Part shown: in pieces, positions 62,240 to 64,000 of the stretch
Layout: each line of letters starts with the position of its first letter
How positions within the stretch are numbered: the stretch's first letter is position 1
Assembly: GCA_030704615.1 (NCBI GenBank)
Contig: CM060731.1
Span: 24,552,001 to 24,616,000, forward strand
Length of the DNA stretch: 64,000 bases
Direction of reading: 5' to 3'
Source: Takakia lepidozioides
Taxonomy: Eukaryota > Plantae > Bryophyta
Translations under genes and position numbers: made by a program
The notes under the pieces: generated by a model
Seen by the model: only the letters and a program-made list of their open reading frames with translations
Told to the model about the DNA's origin: nothing
Database searches by the model: none

Positions 62240-64000
62240 ACCAGGAATGTGCATCTGTTGTTTGTTCAAAGGTAGGCTCCCCGCCCTGAGGTTAAATTTC
62301 AGTCTAGTGCCAAGGATAGGTAGGCCCTTCAGATCATCCTTGAGGTCCTTGCCCATGTCACAGACTGGAAACAAGTTCAGGGAAGTTTTATGCCTAACTT
62401 TTATTTCATCGGACAGTCTTTAGGCATCAGACTGGCTTTGGACACAACCCTCTCCAGATCTGCTTCATCCAGTCGGGTCAATTCTTCTGGACTAATATTC
62501 AGATACTTGAAACTCTCTTTCTACCCTTTTCTGCCAAGACTTAGCCTAGATGGTCATGCTTCCAACAAATAGCGTCGATTATCTTAGGGTATCTGGTATT
62601 GGGCATGCGATTCAACTGACCCCACCATCTGACCTTGAATTCATCACATTGAGAGCTTGAGGGAGGTATGCCAAACTCGCCCCGAACGGCCCACATTAGC
62701 TGTTCTAAAACTAGCCGACATGCTACCCACATCCCGTCGTGCCATACTGTGTCATAAGCCTTTTTGACATCCAGGAAGAAGACAAAAGTGGACTTTCCTT
62801 CTTTTCTCCTTCCCTGGATGCTCTGGCTAGAGTGAACATATGGTCAGTGCAGCCCTATGTCTCTGAAAGCCAGCCTCGCCTTCATGAAAACCACCTTTAG
62901 ACTCCAGATCAACCTCAAGATGGGAGCTTGTTATCCTACAAAATAGCTTGCCAACCGCATTATGAAGTGTGATACCCCAATAGTTCCCAGGCTCTTCTTG
63001 GTCTCTTTTCTTATACAGGTTGACAATGACTCCCTGCCTCCAACGAAAGGGATCAGTCTGCCAAATAAGGGTAAGGAGAAGGGCAAGGGCCTGTCACCAC
63101 CATACTAAATCAGCTCATTGACAATGCCATCAAGGTCCCCTGCTTTATAGCTGTTTAGATGCTTTACAGCTTCCACAACCTCAGAAGAACTACTGGGTGC
63201 GTTGTAACCCTTTGAGATATACTCAAGTTCATCAGGCTGTCTTGGAATATAGGAACAGCTTTTTCTACCGTGTCCTCCCATTCTTTAGAAGGCCCTCACT
63301 ATTATAGTGATTCACGGCCAAGAAGGCTGTAGTGTGTTCAAAGGTTTTGACAACGTCAACCGTTGATATCACCACTGCACCCTTGTTATTCCTTAAAGCC
63401 TATACTCGCTGGCCATTTTTCGGCTTGTACAAACGCTGTAAGGCCAACCAGAATCTCTTATCAGTACCACCATGGTGGTTCAAGTTAATGTCTCGCTACA
63501 ACTTTTCCCAATGAACCTTCTTCTGAGCCCTTACAAGTTGCTTAACATCTTTGTGCAATTGGTAGTATCGACACCATCACTCTTTGTTGTTTTTGATACT
63601 ACAGCAGTCCATCTCATTGGTCCACCAATTTAATGCTCTACCACAGACAATTAGATTCCTCTCAAAGATCTTTTCAGCAGCAGAGGTGATGAAACTCTCC
63701 CAAGAATCCACATCTCGTTCGACTTTGCTTCTTGCATCACTTAAGCAGGAAGAGAGGTCTTGGAGTGATTGGATGAAGTGTGGGAGAGCCTCATTTAAGG
63801 TCTGGACATTCTGTCTGGACCTCTTCCTTCTGGAATTTTTCTATGCGCCACTTTCGAATCGTACGTCACTGGTGTTAAGAATATACCTTTTGATCTCAGT
63901 CCAGACACGACAGTGGTCAGAAGAACCAATATCGGTTCCATCAACCGCCACTTTGGCCCACTTGGGGGAACAACTCTTTACCCACTACGAGAATCCACAA
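62240..64000 (-). mobile_element. Fourth LINE copy (end of APE endonuclease, start of RT, internal deletion, C-terminal part)
   Basis: IGSSDHC at ~63905-63935, PGNYWGITL, FFLDVKKAYDTVW, VRGEFGIP...KVRWWGQL, TRLKFNLRAGSLP. Confidence 0.82.

Overview
Eukaryotic, intron-containing, TE-dense genomic DNA from a plant. A non-seed plant such as a moss is my inference and is not proven. Positions 658-39587 hold four nested copies of one non-chromovirus Ty3/Gypsy LTR-retrotransposon family. The family has ~0.9-1.15 kb LTRs (TGTTAG...CGACA), a tRNA-Arg-type PBS and no extra archaeal RNase H. It also has an extra ORF that starts inside the LTR and a ~1185-aa sense ORF after pol. Inserted in this nest (9858-15820) is a decayed Mutator-like DNA transposon. 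Its transposase has a GCM-like Zn domain, a DDE core and a SWIM finger. Next to it lies a CRISPR-looking array of ~20 26-bp palindromes at a near-constant 53-bp period, whose half-site (ATGCGG) resembles the GCM binding motif. This is the most interesting system in the window. Further right are a chromovirus-type Gypsy remnant, a second LTR family in odd tandem/inverted arrangements, and a complete TTAA-flanked piggyBac element (47641-52350) inserted in a hairpin-jointed ~258-bp tandem repeat. The right end holds four exons of a host BNR/Asp-box (sialidase-like) gene whose introns contain four fragments of one LINE family. There is a 500-N gap at 2885-3384, and ~1.7-9.9 kb looks error-rich.
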